Shown: positions 24,847-39,642 of the stretch, piece by piece
How positions within the stretch are numbered: the first letter of the stretch is position 1
Layout: each line of letters opens with the position of its first letter
From: Kofleriaceae bacterium
GTDB taxonomy: Bacteria; Myxococcota_A; Polyangia; Haliangiales; Haliangiaceae
Reading direction: 5' to 3'
DNA: 64,000 nucleotides
Assembly (NCBI GenBank): GCA_015075455.1
Contig: JABTUH010000016.1
Span: 128,001-192,000, forward strand
Program-made: the position numbers and the translations under genes
Notes under the pieces: model-generated
The model's database searches: none
The model's input: only the letters and a program-made list of their open reading frames with translations
What the model was told of the DNA's origin: nothing

Positions 24847-26205
24847 TCAGTCGCGCTCGACCAGCTCGAGCGGGCGCACGACGCTGAGGACGAAGCGCCC
24901 GCGGCCGGCCGGGATCATCCGGATCTCCTGGCACTTCTCCTCCAGGCGCTTGCGGAGGAGGATGAGCCGGCTCTCGAGGTTGTCGCGCAGCTCCGGCAGC
25001 CCGAGCCACGGGTCGAGGCGCAGCTCGCGGTTCGAGAACTGGGTGCGGCCGTCGCGGGTGAAGGCGTTCACCAGCTTCCACAGGATCTTGCCGGGGACGT
25101 TGCGCACCAGGTAGTCGTCGCCGACGAAGACGCAATCGTCGCCGCGGTAGAACGTGAGGCGGAGCGGCGCCGCCGCGGCCGCGGTCGCGGCCGCCGCTCC
25201 GGACGCCTCGTCCGGATCGTCGTCGTCGTCCGACAGGTGGTCGATGGCCATCGCCACCTGGGTCGCCACGATCTGCAGGAACGCCTCGTGCCAGTCGTCG
25301 AACGCCAGCGGGTCCCGGCTCTCGAGCGCGAGCACGCCGTGCAGCCGGTCCGAGGCGACGAGCGGCAGCGCGAGCTGCGCCGCGGCGTCGGGGAGCCCGG
25401 GCAGCGGGATCTCGGGCCGCAGGGTGGCGCCGCCGCCGGCGGCGACCACCCGATCGCGGATGGCGCGGCCGTAGCTGAGGTCGCGGGCGCCGCCGGCGCG
25501 CGCCACCTGCCGCCCGGCGGCGACGGCGCCGATCAAGCCCTCGCCGAACGCCACCTCGGCGCCGACGCCGGTGCGGCCGTAGCCGCGGCTGGCGATGGTC
25601 ACCAGGCGGCCCCCGCCGTCGGGGACCAGCACCATGGCGTGGCCGAAGCCGAAGATCGCCTCGAACGCGTCGAGGGTGGCGTCGAGCAGCTCGTCGAGCC
25701 GGGTGGCGCGCGAGATGCGCGCCGACAGGCACTGCAGCGCGCGCAGCTCGTTGAGCGGCCCGCCCTCGGGCTCGAGGGTCGCGAGCGCGGGCGGGGCGCC
25801 GGCGAGGTAGCCCTCGACCTCCGCGAAGCGCGTCACCTCGCAGACGTCCGCCGACAGCAGCGCGAAGACCCCGGTCATGCCGGTCTGGGAGGCGATCGCC
25901 TGGATGCGCATCGCCATCGAGTCGAAGAGCGGACCGCTGGTCTCGGCCCGCAGGAACCGGAGGTCGAGCCGGAAGCACTCGTAGGTGAGCGGGTCCCAGA
26001 GCTCGACCTGCGCCCACGGATGCTCGGCGAGGTTGCGCCGCGTCTTGTTGAAGAACTGGCACGACAGCGCGACGTGTCGATCGTCGACGAAGTAGACCTG
26101 ACTCACGAAGGTCACGTTGGGCGTGCCGTCGCGCGCGCAGGTGGCGAGGGCCGACGGCAGGACACCCTGGAAGCAGCGGGCGAAGCGCGACAGCCGCGGG
26201 ATCAC
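24847..26205 (-). CDS. Fusion protein: N-terminal PNPOx-like (pyridoxamine-5'-phosphate-oxidase-family FMN-binding split-barrel) domain, a central GAF domain, and a C-terminal ~110-aa domain of unknown function.
   Basis: Intact ORF. The N-terminus VLPSALATCARDGTPNVTFVSQVYFVDDRHVALSCQFFNKTRRNLAEHPWAQVELWDP is paralogous to the upstream gene. GAF region LDELLDATLDAFEAIFGFGHAMVLVPDGGGRLVTIASRGYG...GEGLIGAVAAGRQ. Probable GTG start overlapping the upstream stop. Confidence 0.65.
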   Translation of the reverse strand: MIPRLSRFARCFQGVLPSALATCARDGTPNVTFVSQVYFVDDRHVALSCQFFNKTRRNLAEHPWAQVELWDPLTYECFRLDLRFLRAETSGPLFDSMAMRIQAIASQTGMTGVFALLSADVCEVTRFAEVEGYLAGAPPALATLEPEGGPLNELRALQCLSARISRATRLDELLDATLDAFEAIFGFGHAMVLVPDGGGRLVTIASRGYGRTGVGAEVAFGEGLIGAVAAGRQVARAGGARDLSYGRAIRDRVVAAGGGATLRPEIPLPGLPDAAAQLALPLVASDRLHGVLALESRDPLAFDDWHEAFLQIVATQVAMAIDHLSDDDDDPDEASGAAAATAAAAAPLRLTFYRGDDCVFVGDDYLVRNVPGKILWKLVNAFTRDGRTQFSNRELRLDPWLGLPELRDNLESRLILLRKRLEEKCQEIRMIPAGRGRFVLSVVRPLELVERD

Positions 26206-26735
26206 GACGCCCCCATCGGTCGGCCGGCCCCGGGTCCCGGGGTCTGCTCGAAGACGGCGTCGAGGCGGACCTCGACCGCGGTCGCCGGCCAGGTCACGAG
26301 CCGGCGCACCACCGGCAGCGGCAGGCCGATGCCGGCGAGGCTCCCGGTGTAGCCGCCGGCCTGGGTCTCGATCGCGGCGCGCTCGTCGGCGCGCGCCGGG
26401 CGCACGGCGGTGACCACGCCCTTGAGCTGGACGGTGCGGTGGGTGGCCACCTCGCAGGCGGTGACCGCCAGCGGCGCGTCGGGGGCGAGCACCGCCAGGA
26501 GCGCGGCGCCCGCCTGGTCGGCGACGAACACCGTGAACGTCCGACGATCGGCGCCGGGCCGCAGCCCCACCGCCCGCGATACCCGCGGCCGCAGCTCGGC
26601 GTCGCGCCCGGCGGCGATGAACGACATGCCCGCGCTCAGGAACGCGACCAGGTCCGCGGTCAGCTCGTGCACCCTGCCCCATCCTACCGGATCTCGCCGG
26701 CGGCGGGCCCGGGCGGCGCGGAGCGCGGCGGCCAC
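26202..26735 (-). CDS. PNPOx-like pyridoxamine-5'-phosphate-oxidase-family FMN-binding protein (split-barrel fold).
   Basis: Intact 177-aa ORF: [36 protein letters not shown]...[19 protein letters not shown]...[17 protein letters not shown]. Confidence 0.65.
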   Translation of the reverse strand: MAAALRAARARRRRDPVGWGRVHELTADLVAFLSAGMSFIAAGRDAELRPRVSRAVGLRPGADRRTFTVFVADQAGAALLAVLAPDAPLAVTACEVATHRTVQLKGVVTAVRPARADERAAIETQAGGYTGSLAGIGLPLPVVRRLVTWPATAVEVRLDAVFEQTPGPGAGRPMGAS

Positions 26736-26760
26736 CCGGAACTTGCTATGTTCGCGCGCG

Positions 26761-28014
26761 ATGCGAGCGAACCCGCACTTCCAGAAGCTGCCCGCCGGCT
26801 ACCTGTTCCCCGAGATCGGCCGGCGCGTGCGCGCCTACGCCGCCGCCCACCCCGCGGCCAAGGTCATCCGCCTCGGCATCGGCGACGTCACCGAGCCGCT
26901 GGCGCCGGCGATCGTCGCCGCCATGCACGGCGCGGTCGACGAGCTGGCCCGCCGCGAGACCTTCCGCGGCTACGGCCCGGAGCAGGGCTACGACTTCCTC
27001 GTCGACGCCATCCGCGCCCACGACTACCAGGCCCACGGCCTCGACGTCGCCGCCGACGAGATCTTCGTCTCCGACGGCAGCAAGTGCGACAGCGGCAACT
27101 TGCAGGAGCTGTTCGCCGCCGACGCGGTGATCGCCGTGACCGATCCGGTGTACCCGGTCTACGTCGACTCCAACGTCATGGCCGGCCGCACCGGCGCCCC
27201 CGACGCCGACGGCCGCTACCCCGGCCTGGTCTACCTGCCGGCGACCGCGGCCAACGGCTTCTGCCCGCCGCCGCCCGAGGTCATGGACGCCCACGGGATC
27301 GACGTGGTCTACCTGTGCTCGCCCAACAACCCGACCGGCGCGGTCATGACCCGCGACCAGCTCGCGGCCTGGGTGGCGTGGGCGCGCGCCCACCAGGCCC
27401 TCATCGTCTTCGACGCCGCCTACGAGGCCTACATCCAGGATCCGTCCCTGCCCCGCTCGATCTACGAGCTGCCGGGCGCGCGCGAGGTCGCGGTCGAGCT
27501 GCGCAGCTTCTCCAAGCGCGCCGGCTTCACCGGCGTGCGCTGCGGCTTCATGGTGGTGCCCCGGGAGCTGCGCGCCACCGGCGCCGGCGGCGAGGAGGTG
27601 TCGCTGCACGCGATGTGGTCGCGCCGGCACACCACCAAGTTCAACGGCGCGTCGTACGTGGTCCAGCGCGGCGCCGCCGCGGTCTACACCGCCGACGGCC
27701 TGGCCCAGACCGGGGCCCAGATCGCGTTCTACATGGAGAACGCCCGCATCCTGCGCGCCGGCCTCGCCCGCGCCGGCTTCACCGTGTACGGCGGCGAGCA
27801 CGCGCCGTACATCTGGCTGGAGACGCCGACCCGGGACGGCCGCCGGCTGACCTCGTGGGAGCTGTTCGATCTGCTCCTCGACAAGGCCCACCTGGTGGGC
27901 ACGCCGGGCTCGGGCTTCGGGCCCGCCGGCGAGGGCTACTTCCGGCTGTCGGCGTTCAACTCGCGCGACAACGTCGAGGAGGCGGTGGCGCGGCTGGGGC
28001 GGGTCTTCGCCTGA
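26761..28014 (+). CDS. dapL: LL-diaminopimelate aminotransferase (DapL).
   Basis: Intact 417-aa [52 protein letters not shown]...[19 protein letters not shown]...[25 protein letters not shown], characteristic of DapL. Confidence 0.9.
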   Translation: MRANPHFQKLPAGYLFPEIGRRVRAYAAAHPAAKVIRLGIGDVTEPLAPAIVAAMHGAVDELARRETFRGYGPEQGYDFLVDAIRAHDYQAHGLDVAADEIFVSDGSKCDSGNLQELFAADAVIAVTDPVYPVYVDSNVMAGRTGAPDADGRYPGLVYLPATAANGFCPPPPEVMDAHGIDVVYLCSPNNPTGAVMTRDQLAAWVAWARAHQALIVFDAAYEAYIQDPSLPRSIYELPGAREVAVELRSFSKRAGFTGVRCGFMVVPRELRATGAGGEEVSLHAMWSRRHTTKFNGASYVVQRGAAAVYTADGLAQTGAQIAFYMENARILRAGLARAGFTVYGGEHAPYIWLETPTRDGRRLTSWELFDLLLDKAHLVGTPGSGFGPAGEGYFRLSAFNSRDNVEEAVARLGRVFA

Positions 28015-28054
28015 TGCCGAGGCCGGCGCGGCGGGCCGTGCTACGAAGGCGTCC

Positions 28055-28312
28055 ATGAGCGAGCACCCCACCGACTTCGTCGGCTCCGTCCACGACGCCA
28101 TCCGGCAGGCCGTCCGCGAGCGCCTGCCCGACGCCGAGGTCGAGGTCACCGGCGGCGGCGGTCACTACACGATCGGGGTGGTGTCGACCGCGTTCGACGG
28201 CAAGTCGCTGCTGGAGCGCCAGCGCCTGGTGCTGGGCGCGATCAAGCACCTGCTGTCCGGCGATCGCGCGCCGGTGCACGCGGTCGACTCGCTGACCACG
28301 CGCACGCCCTAG
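28055..28312 (+). CDS. BolA-family protein.
   Basis: 85 aa: ...DAEVEVTGGGGHYTIGVVSTAFDGKSLLERQRLV (BolA signature). Confidence 0.7.
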   Translation: MSEHPTDFVGSVHDAIRQAVRERLPDAEVEVTGGGGHYTIGVVSTAFDGKSLLERQRLVLGAIKHLLSGDRAPVHAVDSLTTRTP

Positions 28313-28398
28313 CGCTCGCCCGGGCGCCGTCCGGTTTCCCACGACGCGGCGTCGACGCGCGGCGCGATCGGCCCGCCGCGGGGTAGACTGCGCCGGCG

Positions 28399-30045
<1,647 letters not shown>

Positions 30046-30059
30046 GCGGCCGACGCGCG

Positions 30060-33000
30060 GGCGGCCGCCGCGCGGATGGGCCCGGGCGACGCGCGCGGTG
30101 GCGGCGGTGAGGCGCCCGACGGGCGCAGCGGCGGGCGTGGCCAGGTTCCGCGACGGGTGAACGGCGGCGGGCCGGCCGGGGCCGCGCGAACTCAGGCGGC
30201 GCGCGCGGTGGCGGCCGGGCGAATGCGGCGCCCGCGGTCCGCGCGATCCCGCACCGCGATGCAGCCCAGCCTCAGCACTGCCCAGCCCGGCGCGGCACTC
30301 GGCGGCCAAGCGTCGCCATCGTCCCGCCGCCTGGCGGCCTCGGCCTCGGCGACGGCGGCGCCCTGGCCGCGGCGTCGGCACCGCGGCGCGACATGCGGCC
30401 GCGCGGCGACAGACCGCCCTGTCCACCGCGACGCCGCGCTCGCGCACGGCGCGGCGCCTGGGAGCTCGCGCGACGGTCGGCCGCCGCGTGCGCCGCGCTG
30501 TGGGCGAGCGAGGGCCAGCCTGGTGGTACCGTGACGGCGCCCGAGCGCGGCCGATCCGGCCGAGGGCTGGAGCGTGGACGCGGGGCGCGCTGGTTCGCGC
30601 CGCCGCCAGGGCGCGACGCGCGGCGCGAGGTCGACACCGGCCGAGCTACGGCGACGCCGACCTGTCGCGCCGCCCAGCGATCACCGCCGCCATCGATCTC
30701 GCCGCCGACGGCAGCGACGAGCGGCCTGACCGTGAGCGGCGGTTTGGCTCGGCGCGAGCACGAGATTCGACGCGCGCGTCGCGTCGCCGAGGCCAGCAGG
30801 CGCGGTGGTGGCTGCCGCCGCCTCCTGCGCGCTGTCCGCCGGTGTCGCCGCCGCGGTGGTGTGGACGAGGCCGAGCGATCCTGTGCGCGGGGGCGAGGCA
30901 CCGCGCGTGGCAGGCCCGGTCGGCGCGACCGGGATCGAGGGGCGCCACCTGGATCGGCGCGGTCGAGCGCGGCGACGCCTGCCGGAGCCCGAGGGGCGCC
31001 GGTCTTCCGCTGGACCCGAGGCGCTGGTGGCGGAGGATGCGCGGCGGCCAGGCGCGCGAACGCGCGTCGGCGCGGCGTGGAGCGGCCAACTGGGCGGCGC
31101 TCGCGCGAACCAGCGCGGCGGCGCGCGCGTCTCGGGCATCGCCGCGCGTGGCGGCGTGACGGCGGTGGCCGGCGGCGCGACGAGCGCCTGCGGGACGCGC
31201 GCACGCGCGCGCCGCGACCGGCGACCGGTCGCGCGCTCAGCGCGCGTGCTCGCGTGACGGCCGGCGGGCGTCGCGCGCGCCGCGCAGCGGGCGCCGGGCG
31301 CGCGACGCGCGCGGCGCGGCGGCGTGACGGCGGTGGGCCGGCGGCGAATCGCGGCGCGCGTGGCGGCGTGACGAGCGGTGGGCCGGCGGGCTCGCCGGCG
31401 CGTCGCGCGTGACCGTGACGGCGGCCGCGGGCCCGCCAACCGCGCTGAATCCTGACGTGGCGCCGCCCGATCCGGCGAACGCGTGTCGTCGGCCCGCTGC
31501 CAGCGCGCGGGGATCGCGGGCTCAGCGCTGGCGCGCGGCTGGCTCGCGCAGGGTCGCGCCCTCGTCGGCAGGCGCCCCGCTGCCCCGGCAGCTTCTACCC
31601 GCATGTCCGCCGGTGCGTGCGTGCGGATGTTCCTGCGGGCCGGACGCGGTGACGGCGGCAACCTCGCGGCGCGCCTGTTCGAGGCGGCGCAGCGCTTCGG
31701 CGTCGAGTCGTCCATCTTGCCGCTCGATGTCCAACCGGCCGCGCGGTCCTTATCCTACGACCCGGAAACGGTCATCGTCGCGATGGCTTCATCGCTCCAG
31801 CTCCGCGGCGCCGCTCCGCCGAGCTACCACCGAACGCGCGAAGGTTCCGCCGACTAACCTGGCGGCGCAGCCGCCGTCGCTGGACGGCTCGAGGGGCGAC
31901 GACGGAGCGACAGGCTGGTCTACGTCGCGAGAACTTCAACCTGGTAATCGCCACTTCGCGCTCGAGCGGCGCGCACCCTCCCGGCCGCGGCTGCAGCGGC
32001 CTTCCGGCGGTCTTCGCTCGCAGGGCGCACGGTGATGGTGGCGCGCCGGCCGTTCGAGCACTTGCGACCGGATGGCTACGTCATGGCGCTGCTCCGGTGG
32101 TCGACTCGAGCCGAGCCGAGTCGTGCCGAGCTCGGAGCCGGTCGACGCCGCCCAGGCGTCAAGCGCGAGCCGCGCGGATTTGCGTCCTGGCTGGGACCCG
32201 CTCGCTCGAGCGCGGCCGCCGCCGGATCCCGGTGATCGGCGTCCGCGCGGCGGCTGGCGCGGCGGCGGCGACGGTCGAACTCCGAGCCCCGGCCCGCCCC
32301 GGCCGAGCCGCCAGCGCGCAAACAGCCCGCGCGTCGGCCGCCTGCGCGTCCCCGTCTGGCTGCGCGTCGAGGCCCTGTCAAGATTCAGCGGATCCGCGCC
32401 GTCCTCGCTGAGCGACACCGCATCGCCAGCCCGCACCGCGCGGGCTGCGCCGGGCTCGGAGCGTCGATCCGCCCGTGCCCCACCTCGATGCCGGGCTCCA
32501 CCCGGCGCTTCAGCCGGCGTCCATCGTCGCGCCCTTGGCCACTCCGCTCTGACGCCCGCCTGAATCGCGAGGAGGTGCCGGCGCGCGGGCAGGCAAGCGC
32601 ATGGCCCGCGGCGATCGCCCGCCGCGGCTCAGCGAGGTCCGCCACGGCGGCCGTGCGGCGCGTGCCGGATCCGGACGGAAGCGCGCGCGAGGAACTGATC
32701 GCTTGCCGGCGGCCTGGTCAGCGAGCCGGACCGGGAACCAGGCGGACCCCGTCGACGCAGCGCGCGGCGTGCCCGTCGCGCCCCTCGCAATGTCGATGCG
32801 ACCCTGCCGCGCGTGGCTCGCCCGGCGCCTTCGTGAGTCCGTCCATGGGCGGCTGGAGGCGCGATGTGGTCCGTGATGGCGCGCGCCCGGCGGCCGCGCG
32901 CAGGCTTCCGCGGCCGACGCCGCATGGCGACCAGACCGGTCCATCCGAGGCCGGCCGCCCGCGTGACGAGCCTCGAACGGCGCGGACCGCCCGGCGCGGC

Positions 33001-33790
33001 TCCGCCAGAGCAGGAACATCGCGCGCGGCGCAGTCGGCGTCGGCGTCGCGCGGCGCGCGCGCTGGCGACGGAAACGGCGGCCGCGTCGACGACGAGCAGC
33101 CGAGCGGCGCCGGCTCGAGTGGCCTGCTGTCGCTCGGCGCCAGCGCACGACCGGCGACGCCGCCCTCCGCCAAGGGTGCGGTGTTGCTGTCGATCGAGGG
33201 GCACACAACGCGCGACGGCCAGGAGCCAAAGCGATCGACCGCAGCTTCGGCCGCCCGCGCCCGCGCCGTGCTGGCCGGGGATTCGCGCGGCCCAGCGCAG
33301 TGCGAGTGCTGGTGCGCATGATGCCGCATCTGGGCCAGCCGCCCCGCTGTCCTGCACCACTGGCCGGCGCCAGGTGCGCACGGCGCGGCGGCCGGCTCCG
33401 GTGGGGAGCCGGCGCGGCCCTGGTGCGCGGGCATCGAGCCGCATGTTACGCAGCAGCGGCGCCGCGTCCGTGGCATGCGCGCGCATGCCCGCCGCGTCAA
33501 GCCAGGCCGCCGCCGTGCTCGCCGAACGCCTGCGCGCGCGATGGCGCCAGCACCGGCGCGCCTCCCGTTCGCCGGCAGCGCAAATAGAGCGTGGCTAACG
33601 CGCGCGTCAGGCGACGGCGATCGCCTCGACGCCCAGCCCGCGCCCGCACCGCGACGCCGGACTGGCCTCCGGACGCCGCACATTCGGCGCCGCGAGCCGC
33701 GCCCGCCTCGACGCCCGATTCGCCCGCCTCCACGCCAGCGCCTGGCCGGCGCCCGCCGCCGAGCCGATGTGCGACGCTCGCATGCGCCAC
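30060..33790. other. ~3.7-kb ultra-GC-rich tract (locally >80% GC) with no recognisable coding gene in any frame. It contains dispersed copies of GGCGTGACGRCGGTGGGCCGGCGG-like repeats around 31.1-31.4 kb, and a ~300-bp lower-GC island at 31.6-31.9 kb.
   Basis: All six frames give only Arg/Ala/Gly/Pro-rich nonsense. No frameshift-tolerant match was found to any family I know. Repeat copies read at ~31150, 31250, 31322, 31362. Confidence 0.4.
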
Positions 33791-35070
33791 CCCGCCACGG
33801 CGACTGGCTCCGCCTCGAGCTCGAGCACCAGGCCCGCTACGAGCACCTCGCGAACGACTTCCGCAGCGGCGCCGACGGCGACGCCCGCGGCGCGTCGATG
33901 CGGACCCTGGTCCGCGTCGAGGTGTGGCGCGGCGCCGCCCGCCTCGGCCTCGAGCTCCAGGACGCGCGCGCCTACGTCGCGGACGGCACCCCGGTCAACT
34001 CGACGCTGTCGAACCCGATCGAGCTGCTCCAGCTCCACGTCGGGTGGAAGGCCGCCGGCCTGCTCCGCCCCGGCGACGGCTTCGACGCGCGGGCCGGGCG
34101 CATCACGATCGACCTCGGCACCCGCCGCCTCGTCGCCCGCAACCGGTTCCGCAACACCCTCAACGGCTTCACCGGCGTCGACGCCACCTGGACCAGCGCC
34201 GGCAAGCACGTCGCCCGCGCCCTCGCGGCGGTGCCGGTGACGCGGCTGCCCGCGGACGCCGACGCCCTGCGCGCCAACGAGGTCGAGCTCGACGAAGAGA
34301 ACCTCGACGCCGTGGTGTGGGCCGCCGCCTACGGCTCGCCCGCCCGCCTGGCCGGCGGCCAGCTCGAGCTGCAGGTGGTCGGCTACCACGAGCGGGACGG
34401 CGACGTCGCCAGCCGCGACCGCCAGCTCGTCACGCTGGTCGCCCGATGGGTGCGCAAGCCGGCGCCCGGCGCGCTGGACGTCGACCTCGAGCTGATGCCG
34501 CAGGCCGGCACCTCGCGCGCGACCACCGCCGCCACCGACGCCACCGATCTCGACCACCGCGCCCTGTCCTGGCATGCCGAGGTCGGCCTCAGCGCGCCCA
34601 TGCCGTGGCGGCCCCGGTTCGCGCTCCAGCACGACTTCGCCAGCGGCGACGGCGACCCGGCCGACGGCCGGATGGGGCGCTTCGACCCGCTCTTCGCGGC
34701 ACGCCGCTTCGACTTCGGCCCGACCGGGCTCTACGGGCCGTTCGCCCGCAGCAACCTGCAGTCGCCAGGGCTGCGCGTCAGCGTGGTCCCCGGCGCGCGG
34801 CTCGACGCGGTCGCCGCCTACCGGCTGGTCTGGCTGGCCTCGGCGCGCGACGCGTGGACCACCGCCGGCCTCCGCGATCCCGACGGCGACTCGGGCACGT
34901 TCCTCGGCCAGCACGGCGAGCTCCAGGTGCGGTGGAGCCCCCTCGGCAAGACCCTCGCGGTCGAGGCCGGCGCCGCCCACCTGCGGCGCGGCCAGTTCGC
35001 GCGCTCGGCGCCCGGCGCTCGCCGCGAGGCGGCGACCTACGGGTACTTGCAGCTCAACGTATCGATCTGA
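33780..35070 (+). CDS. Alginate-export (AlgE-like) family outer-membrane beta-barrel protein. The N-terminus and signal peptide are not resolved.
   Basis: WLRLELEHQARYEHLANDFRS...DARAYVADGTPVNSTLSNPIELLQLHVGWKAAGLLRPGDGFDARAGRITIDLGTRRLVARNRFRNTLNGFTGVDATWT...WRPRFALQHDFASGDGD...GDSGTFLGQHGELQVRWSP..., ending YLQLNVSI. Confidence 0.6.
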
Positions 35071-35173
35071 TGGCGCCGCGCGTCGACGCCCTGCGCTGAC
35101 ACGCGTCAAGTCGCGGCCGGTGGCGTGGCCGCGGTTAACCCACCGCTGACCGACGCCGCGAGCAGGGGACACG

Positions 35174-35198
35174 TCGCGACGCGTACGATCGATCGTAC
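35174..35198. promoter_or_regulatory. Perfect 16-bp palindrome GTACGATCGATCGTAC (35183-35198) preceded by GTCGCGAC. It abuts the ATG of the secreted-protein gene, with no Shine-Dalgarno sequence in between.
   Basis: Read directly. AT-rich palindrome in a 73% GC genome. Candidate operator or leaderless-start context. Confidence 0.4.
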
Positions 35199-35200
35199 AG

Positions 35201-36835
35201 ATGACGTCCCGACGCCTCGACGGTCCGGCCGCCGTCGCCCTCGTCCTCGCCGCGCTCGCCGCCGCCACCGCGGCTCCCGCCCGCGCCGAGGAGGTGCAGC
35301 TCTCCGACGGCTCGCGATGGGAGATCCGCGACCTCGTCCTCACCCGGATCGCGCCATCCCCCGCGATCCAGATCCGCACCGCGGTCTTCAACGTCGGCAT
35401 CGGCTGTGCCGAAGGGCTGGATCGAAGGTACCGCGTTGGACACCGCGCGTACGTCCCGCCGTCTGCCTACCCCGTCGCGGTCGAGGAACCCGACGGCGGA
35501 CGGGTCCGCGGCGTGGTGTGCGCCGACCTCGATGGCGCCGCCGTCGTCACCACGATCACCTGGACCGGGGCGCCGACGCCATCCGATCACGCGTCGGTGA
35601 GGGGAGTGCTGGAGGCGCTGTTCACCGACCTGAAGGGGTTCGCGTGGCCGGCAAGCTCGCTCTCGCTGTTTCAGCCCTCGATCCTGGCGGTGCCGCTGGA
35701 CGCCCGCACCGGGACCTGGAACTTCGTCTCCGGCAAGGTCGATGCCATGTCGACCCTCCTGTTCATGCTGTGGCCGCAGGGGCCGCCCGCAGCCATCAGC
35801 ATGAACCGCCCCCGCGTACGGCAGCGCTGCGACGAGGTCGGGCTGCGACAGCCTCGGCCGTCGTGGGCGCCAGCGAGCTTCTACCCGCTCGGCGCCACAC
35901 GCGGCGACTCGGCGCTGGCCTGCCTCGACCCCGCCGATGGTCACGCACTCATCGTCCAGGTCCGGCTCGCCGACCCGGCCGACGGATCGCGGGTGCGCGC
36001 CCTGCTCGAGGCGATCGCCGCCGCCGCCGGCGCCGCGCGCCCGCCCGCCACGGCGCCACCGCCGCCGTCGCCGGCGCCCCCTGCCCCCCCGGCGGTGAGG
36101 CCATCGCCGGCGGCGACCCCGACGCCGCGGCCCGCGACGTCCGCCCCGCTGGCCGCGGCCGCGACGACGGCCGCGCCGCCCTACGACGGGTCGACCGCCC
36201 CGTACCTCCGCGCCAGCCGCCGCCACGACGACGAGGCTGACGACCTGGCGCCCTACGCCGGTCGGCGCGACCACGCGCTCGGGCTCGGGCGCCGGCACTG
36301 GCGCGTCGAGCTCCACCAGCTCGCGCCGGGGACGGCGGTCGCTGCCACCGAGACCGCGCTCGGCGCCGGCGCCGGCGTCGGCGCGCTGCGTCTGTGGGGG
36401 CGTCCGTGGAACGCGCTGGCCGGCGGCCTCGAGTACGACGCCAGCGCCGCCGTCGAGCGCTCGTCGAGCGTCACCTTCGACACCCACGCCGGCGCGATGC
36501 TCGGCCTGCGGCCGGGCCCGACGCTGGTGATCCTGGGCGGCTTCGGGGTCGGCCTCGACGGGCTCGGGCTCGGCGCCGCCGACGACCGGCCGGCGCTCGA
36601 CGCCGGCCTCTACGGCTACGCCGGCATCCGCGCCCGGCTCGCGCTCGGTCGCCGCCTCGGCCTCGACGCCTGGGCCCGCCGGCTCGATCGCGCCGGCGAC
36701 GTCGGCGAGACCCGGTACGGCGCCGAGCTGACGATCCACCGCCGCCGCGGCGCGTCGGTGGTGGTGGGCGCGCAGCGCACGACCTACGACGACCTCGCCG
36801 ATCGGGTCGGGGTCTCCCTGGGCGTCCGCCGCTGA
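35201..36835 (+). CDS. Secreted hypothetical protein (signal peptide [29 protein letters not shown]) with a Pro/Ala-rich linker and a Gly-rich C-terminal domain.
   Basis: Intact 544-aa ORF. Clear signal peptide. No family recognised. Confidence 0.55.
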   Translation: MTSRRLDGPAAVALVLAALAAATAAPARAEEVQLSDGSRWEIRDLVLTRIAPSPAIQIRTAVFNVGIGCAEGLDRRYRVGHRAYVPPSAYPVAVEEPDGGRVRGVVCADLDGAAVVTTITWTGAPTPSDHASVRGVLEALFTDLKGFAWPASSLSLFQPSILAVPLDARTGTWNFVSGKVDAMSTLLFMLWPQGPPAAISMNRPRVRQRCDEVGLRQPRPSWAPASFYPLGATRGDSALACLDPADGHALIVQVRLADPADGSRVRALLEAIAAAAGAARPPATAPPPPSPAPPAPPAVRPSPAATPTPRPATSAPLAAAATTAAPPYDGSTAPYLRASRRHDDEADDLAPYAGRRDHALGLGRRHWRVELHQLAPGTAVAATETALGAGAGVGALRLWGRPWNALAGGLEYDASAAVERSSSVTFDTHAGAMLGLRPGPTLVILGGFGVGLDGLGLGAADDRPALDAGLYGYAGIRARLALGRRLGLDAWARRLDRAGDVGETRYGAELTIHRRRGASVVVGAQRTTYDDLADRVGVSLGVRR

Positions 36836-36900
36836 GCGACGACCGACCGCCGGTCGCGACCCGGTCGCGCCACCACCGCCGGCGACGTACCATCGCGCCG

Positions 36901-37470
36901 ATGCCGCTGTCCCGCGACGAGGCCTGGGCCCTGTTCACCACCTGGACCACCGGCGACGCGCTGCGCCGCCACGGCCGCGCCGTCGAGCTGGTGATGCGCG
37001 CCGCCGCGCCGCGCTACGGCGGCGCCGACGCCGACGTCGAGCAGTGGGGCCTCGCCGGCCTCCTGCACGACGCCGACTACGAGGCCTGGCCCGACGAGCA
37101 CCCCCACCGCGTCGTCGGCTGGCTGCGCGAGCGCGGCGAGGCCGCCCTGGCCCACGCCATCAGCGCCCACTACACGCGGTGGGGCGTGCCGTACGAGAGC
37201 GCGCTCGACCGCGCGCTGCTCGCCTGTGACGAGCCCACCGGCTTCGTCATGGCCTGCTGCCTGGTCCGCCCCGACGGCATCGCCACCCTCGAGGTCGCCA
37301 GCGTCAGGAAGCGCCTCAAGGACAAGCGCTTCGCCGCCACCGTCGACCGCGGCGAGGTCACCGCGGGCGCGGAGCTGCTCGGCGTCTCGCTCGACGCGCA
37401 CCTCGCGTTCATCATCGGCGCGCTCCGCGCCCACGCCACCGAGCTCGGCCTCACCGGCCGCGCGACCTGA
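36901..37470 (+). CDS. HD-domain (HDIG-like) metal-dependent phosphohydrolase.
   Basis: [13 protein letters not shown]...[18 protein letters not shown]; 189 aa. Confidence 0.6.
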   Translation: MPLSRDEAWALFTTWTTGDALRRHGRAVELVMRAAAPRYGGADADVEQWGLAGLLHDADYEAWPDEHPHRVVGWLRERGEAALAHAISAHYTRWGVPYESALDRALLACDEPTGFVMACCLVRPDGIATLEVASVRKRLKDKRFAATVDRGEVTAGAELLGVSLDAHLAFIIGALRAHATELGLTGRAT

Positions 37471-37559
37471 CGGCTCGTCGCCCGTCGCCACCGGCGACCG
37501 GACAGGGTGGGCTCGAATCCGGGCGCGGGTTCGGATCCGGGCCGCGGGGCCACCACCGA

Positions 37560-38819
<1,260 letters not shown>

Positions 38820-38852
38820 GGGGCTACCGGGACGCCGCGGACGAGGCCAGGA

Positions 38853-39488
<636 letters not shown>

Positions 39489-39642
39489 GGCCTGACCCGA
39501 CTGTACGAGCCCCCGGGGGATGGCGCAACGCGATCGCCCGGCAAGGGCGGGGCACCTGCCCGAAAGACCGGGCCGACTCCCGGACCGCGCGCCGACCCGA
39601 TCACGGCCCGATCACGGCCCGATCGCCGGCCCGATCGCCGGT

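Noticed and set aside
30060-33790. rRNA operon or integrated mobile element as an explanation for the gene-less tract.
   Set aside because: No rRNA signatures (GC content far too high, no conserved 16S/23S motifs). No integrase, transposase, terminal inverted repeats or tRNA attachment site were seen.
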